From positions 6,200,001-6,264,000 of the forward strand of contig CDRNST010000060.1 of NCBI GenBank assembly GCA_977016875.1: DNA of 64,000 nt, written 5' to 3'. A program made the translations under genes and the position numbers. Positions 62,801-64,000 of this stretch are shown piece by piece (the first letter of the stretch is position 1; every line of letters begins with the position of its first letter). Source of the stretch: Pavona decussata. Lineage: Eukaryota. The notes below the pieces were generated by a model. The model had not been told where the DNA came from. It saw only the letters and a program-made list of their open reading frames with translations, and made no database searches.

Positions 62801-63519
62801 GTTTGTCAATTCTGTTCGCCACTCTGATAACGAACGCTATGTTTTATCAATTTAACAAAGCACCAGAAGACACTTTCCAGATAGGACCGATCAAATTAAG
62901 CTGGAGACAAATTAAAATCGGAATCCAAAGCAGCATCATCGCTATTCCGGTAAATGTCTTGGTGGTGACAATCTTTAAGAACATTAAGCACCCGCTTCCC
63001 GAAGAAGCGCGATTAGCCAACCAGAAAGTACCCGGATGCCTCCCACATTTTTTTGTGTACGTAGGCTGGATACTGTGTATCCTCACTTCATTGGCAGCCG
63101 CCACTTTCACTGTCTTTTACAGCATGATGTGGGGCGCGGAGACATCAAACCAGTGGCTCACTTCAATCATGGTGTCATTCTTTCAAGACGTCATCGTCAC
63201 ACAACCCATCAAAGTTGTTGTGATTGCTTCAATGCTGTCACTTCTGATCAAAAAGCCCCCAGAGCAGGAGTCAGTGGTCGGATCGTCTGTGTCGAGAAGT
63301 GGCGGGAAAGACAGTGATGTGGCGCCACCTGCGGGAGAGGCGCTGAGAAAAGCGCGCGAATTCCAGACGAAGGTGCTAGAGATGTTCAGGACTATCATGG
63401 AGATGGCTTTTTTCTTTATTTTTATCGCTTTACTTATGGTGGTGTGCTATGGAAATAGAAAGTCTACCAGGTTTACGCTGACTGCAGAGCTAGAAAATCT
63501 GTTTGGCGGATTTGATAAG
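42445..63519 (+). CDS. PKD1L2-like: Polycystin-1 family (PKD1-like / REJ-domain) receptor gene, 18 coding exons in window, 3'-incomplete. join(42445..42544,42629..42957,44854..44995,47454..47563,48291..48349,49163..49317,49891..50623,50957..51168,51479..51725,52916..53078,53309..53491,57486..57611,57879..58109,59321..59575,59826..60055,60255..60789,61338..61574,62254..63519). Orthology to a specific vertebrate paralog is not established.
   Basis: Manual splicing gives one open frame of 1771 codons with every intron phase matching (GT-AG, one GC-AG). Family hallmarks: REJ motifs (VVLDATDSYDP, FTWLCRR, GGCSVTPEMGYAVTTEFTISCQGWYDEDLPLKYEF, LPLGNP), GPS (CLYWSEKKQAWTDDGCKV...HCLCTHLSAFGG), PLAT (YEISIQTG...GTTANI...IKIWHDNSGKSPAWF...RWLAVE), then HLWLSVFTRPPHNTFTRCQRLTCC and multiple TM helices. 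Confidence 0.95.
42629..42957 (+). CDS. PKD1-like exon 2, F5/8 type C (discoidin) domain N-part
   Basis: CRRPLGMASGEIRNEQITVSS...ARLN...WIKVELGKKMVITAIATQG...EWVSQYMIMYS; acceptor tttacag|, donor AAG|gtaggt. Confidence 0.93.
44854..44995 (+). CDS. PKD1-like exon 3, F5/8 type C domain C-part
   Basis: FFTGNKDGSSIHRNEV...ALRMELFGCEP, the classic discoidin end. Not in the ORF track; phase 0 in, phase 1 out. Confidence 0.92.
46250..46491. mobile_element. MITE in intron 3 (AG..CT ends, ATT TSD; PIF/Harbinger-related by inference)
   Basis: agagagatttagcatggcgtttacggc / gccgtaaacgcgaagctaaatctctct; ATT at 46247-46249 and 46492-46494. Alternative reading is a TA TSD. Confidence 0.85.
47454..47563 (+). 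CDS. PKD1-like exon 4, SEA-like domain start
   Basis: YYFVVWLMLAEYTCTTTYLDSESPEYQDVAEDVTYV; acceptor ttggtag|, donor GTG|gtaaga; phases 1/0. Confidence 0.85.
48291..48349 (+). CDS. PKD1-like exon 5, SEA-like
   Basis: STFALETTPGFLSAKLLRF; strong acceptor ttcatttcag|, donor AT|gtatgt; phases 0/2. Confidence 0.8.
49163..49317 (+). CDS. PKD1-like exon 6, SEA-like C-part
   Basis: PQTQGAEAKLSAEVKIYCIEASVHDITAALTSYVQSKVGLFDQHFIKLQYS; acceptor tctttag|, donor |gtaagt; phases 2/1 bridge exons 5 and 7 exactly. Confidence 0.82.
49436..49770 (+). repeat. ~107-bp tandem repeat, ~3 degenerate units, intron 6
   Basis: agtctgtggat recurs at ~49477, ~49584 and ~49701, with aagtgtgac..aaatga.agctact. Confidence 0.85.
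49891..50623 (+). CDS. PKD1-like exon 7, REJ domain N-part
   Basis: CRPPDVHI...LTIKPKTLSVGLY...VVLDATDSYDPHD...FTWLCRR...GGCFGYG; acceptor ttttacag|, donor AG|gtgaga. Confidence 0.93.
50812..50876. repeat. (ATAATC)n grading into (ATC)n microsatellite
   Basis: Direct reading. Confidence 0.9.
50957..51168 (+). CDS. PKD1-like exon 8, REJ (ends at a GC donor)
   Basis: CKINCGDKV...CIGLSC...YNWTLY...PTLVFKG; only AAG|gcaggt keeps frame with exon 9. Confidence 0.85.
51479..51725 (+). CDS. PKD1-like exon 9, REJ
   Basis: KTNSPP...GGCSVTPEMGYAVTTEFTISCQGWYDEDLPLKYEF; donor AG|gtaagt. Confidence 0.93.
51852..52061. mobile_element. PIF/Harbinger-type MITE, 210 bp, TAA TSD, intron 9
   Basis: gggcgctttccattagtcagaactggc / gccagttctgacaaatggaatgcaccc; TAA at 51849-51851 and 52062-52064. 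Confidence 0.85.
52430..52554 (+). repeat. (TTATC)17 tail preceded by AATAAA; probable 3' stub of a retroposon
   Basis: gaaaaccccctctggggagtgttcAATAAAgta then TTATC x17 (52466-52550). Confidence 0.8.
52916..53078 (+). CDS. PKD1-like exon 10, REJ C-part
   Basis: RLPLGNPTHGYIIGLEIQIIDSLGA; phases 2/0. Confidence 0.92.
53309..53491 (+). CDS. PKD1-like exon 11, helical post-REJ/GAIN region
   Basis: VEAMSDKDVTGTLMNMASG...LLQSGDVGKAAQMAYAVLSMV; phases 0/0. Confidence 0.88.
53747..53934. mobile_element. Fold-back MITE, near-perfect 188-bp palindrome, intron 11
   Basis: Arms of ~88 bp (gggttcgttttttgggagaatcca...aaggaaccgacgaatcc / ggattcgtcgattcctt...tggattctcccaaaaaaacgcaccc) with an 11-nt loop. 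Confidence 0.9.
55017..55618. repeat. ~233-bp tandem repeat, two full units plus an internally deleted third
   Basis: aaactagcta starts at 55017, 55249 and 55482; gtcctcgacaccaagcgccagtcggtctcctggtgaactcc in units 1 and 2; the third jumps to actggtc.tcttggcaagtgattttt. Confidence 0.92.
57486..57611 (+). CDS. PKD1-like exon 12
   Basis: LKDTIINQMANVKVTSIEQVSQMAAVVALATEQGDEISQNSQ; acceptor tttgcag|, donor |gtaaga. Not in the ORF track. Confidence 0.9.
57642..57765. repeat. Degenerate (CAGT)n microsatellite
   Basis: gtcagtcagtcagtcagtcagtcagtcagttagtc with degenerate flanks. Confidence 0.85.
57879..58109 (+). CDS. PKD1-like exon 13, ends in an acidic/charged linker
   Basis: ENAVNLLEG...VGASLLHGISNVITAAS...EDKEESGNEDDEEEAEKEKEKSKGK; phases 0/0. 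Confidence 0.88.
58513..58915. mobile_element. MITE, 403 bp, GG..CC ends, TTA TSD (Zator- or Harbinger-type), intron 13
   Basis: ggccatcccgaaaaaaatgtttcctttcccatcgccc / gggcgataggaagcgaaacattttattgggatagcc; TTA at 58510-58512 and 58916-58918. Confidence 0.85.
59321..59575 (+). CDS. PKD1-like exon 14, GAIN
   Basis: TLKLMDKVGSSLLGTKTVGEKPSVFKTKSL...VALPS...VDSQ; donor CAG|gtaaga. Confidence 0.92.
59826..60055 (+). CDS. PKD1-like exon 15, GAIN
   Basis: FKDNPYTWD...SSVIDFSLK...IDVSGLSKPVELFLP; phases 0/2. Confidence 0.92.
60255..60789 (+). CDS. PKD1-like exon 16, GAIN with basic-motif loop and first half of GPS
   Basis: VYVSYKTRPT...HYIGI...RRVRR...RQKR...CLYWSEKKQAWTDDGCK; donor AAG|gtaatc. 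Confidence 0.94.
60818..60906 (+). repeat. Head fragment of the tRNA-like palindromic repeat family
   Basis: tatatatttgaattgcagatgaaagaccatcgcagt...gcagttgcgaaaagaaagcctga, whose end is the reverse complement of 559-581. Confidence 0.65.
61338..61574 (+). CDS. PKD1-like exon 17, GPS cleavage site (HL|S), stalk and TM1
   Basis: HCLCTHLSAFGGDFFVAPNPIDF...VVLATVCSIFGLYIIGLVFARKADKKD. Confidence 0.95.
61622..61725. repeat. Fragment of a TTAACCC-type MITE
   Basis: ttaactcttttaaacccagtagtgatcagcatcttatttctccttacaatatca...atgagaataaaggaaatgatca; family recognised from memory. Confidence 0.5.
62254..63519 (+). CDS. PKD1-like exon 18, PLAT/LH2 domain plus TM2-TM6
   Basis: 422 codons with PLAT motifs and hydrophobic helices; acceptor ttttcag|, donor AAG|gtaata. 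Channel-domain exons are expected beyond the window. Confidence 0.95.
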
Positions 63520-63815
63520 GTAATACATTCGCTGTCTGGTAAATTTGGTTTGTTTTTGTCTCACATTACGAAGAACATGTCGCTGTTTTCGTTATTTTAT
63601 AAACCCCAGTGACATTTACCGCTTAGAAACTTACAAATGTAAAACTTTCAAATAATAAGCAAGTAAAATATTTCGTAAAGATCGCTTCTAATCACTTTCA
63701 ACTCTTCTTGTCACCGCTAAACCCATAAGTGCGTCCAACTTGCAGAACAGTTGTTTGTCATTGTTGTTGCCATCCAGCAACTCAGGACATTCGCTTCAAC
63801 CCGTCCGGCCTTATA

Positions 63816-63955
63816 AGGGCGTTAGTTTCTAAAGAACTGTAGTGCTTTGTCGGTGAGGGAGTGAAAACTAATATGGTTTTATCAAACGGGTTAATAAGGT
63901 AATTTGACCACTGCAAAGAGATTTGAGCGCTGACGTTAGGCCTTCGTGCAGAAGA
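63816..63955 (-). mobile_element. Decayed Penelope-associated terminal repeat with a broken hammerhead core
   Basis: Shares ttagtttctaaagaa with 10071-10119; minus strand tctgcacgaaggcctaacgtcagc resembles CUGACGA..GAAAC.GUC with GAAA deleted. Confidence 0.5.
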
Positions 63956-64000
63956 CAAACAAATATTTCGGTGCGTCTTAGTACAGTCCATTCGCGCTAA

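Noticed and set aside
50318-63398. Antisense and alternate-frame ORFs overlapping PKD1-like exons
   Set aside because: Shadows of the GC-richer coding strand with no independent features.

Overview
AT-rich, intron- and repeat-rich animal genomic DNA, not prokaryotic. The repeat families (a ~107-bp GATGAAATCCTAAAGTGTGACCATTCAAATGAAAGCTACTGAGCAG-type repeat, tRNA-like palindromic elements, Penelope termini with minimal hammerheads) suggest a cnidarian, probably a stony coral; this is an inference. The only intact protein-coding gene is a + strand polycystin-1-family (PKD1-like) receptor. I reconstructed 18 phase-consistent exons from 42445 to 63519 (5313 nt, 1771 codons), and the gene runs off the right edge. 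Domain order: putative signal peptide, F5/8 type C (discoidin), SEA-like, REJ, GAIN region with a double furin-motif loop, GPS (HL|S), TM1, PLAT/LH2, TM2-TM6. One intron must use a GC donor. The first ~42 kb is essentially non-coding. It holds a 4.9-kb TTAA-flanked DNA transposon with ~0.9-kb TIRs and a decayed transposase exon, nested in a SINE tail. It also holds a 1.15-kb TIR element with a 6-bp TSD, a near-perfect 746-bp tandem duplication, Penelope and LINE relics including a decayed hammerhead ribozyme, and microsatellites. The introns carry several MITEs with clean TSDs. There is no CRISPR array, rRNA or genuine tRNA.
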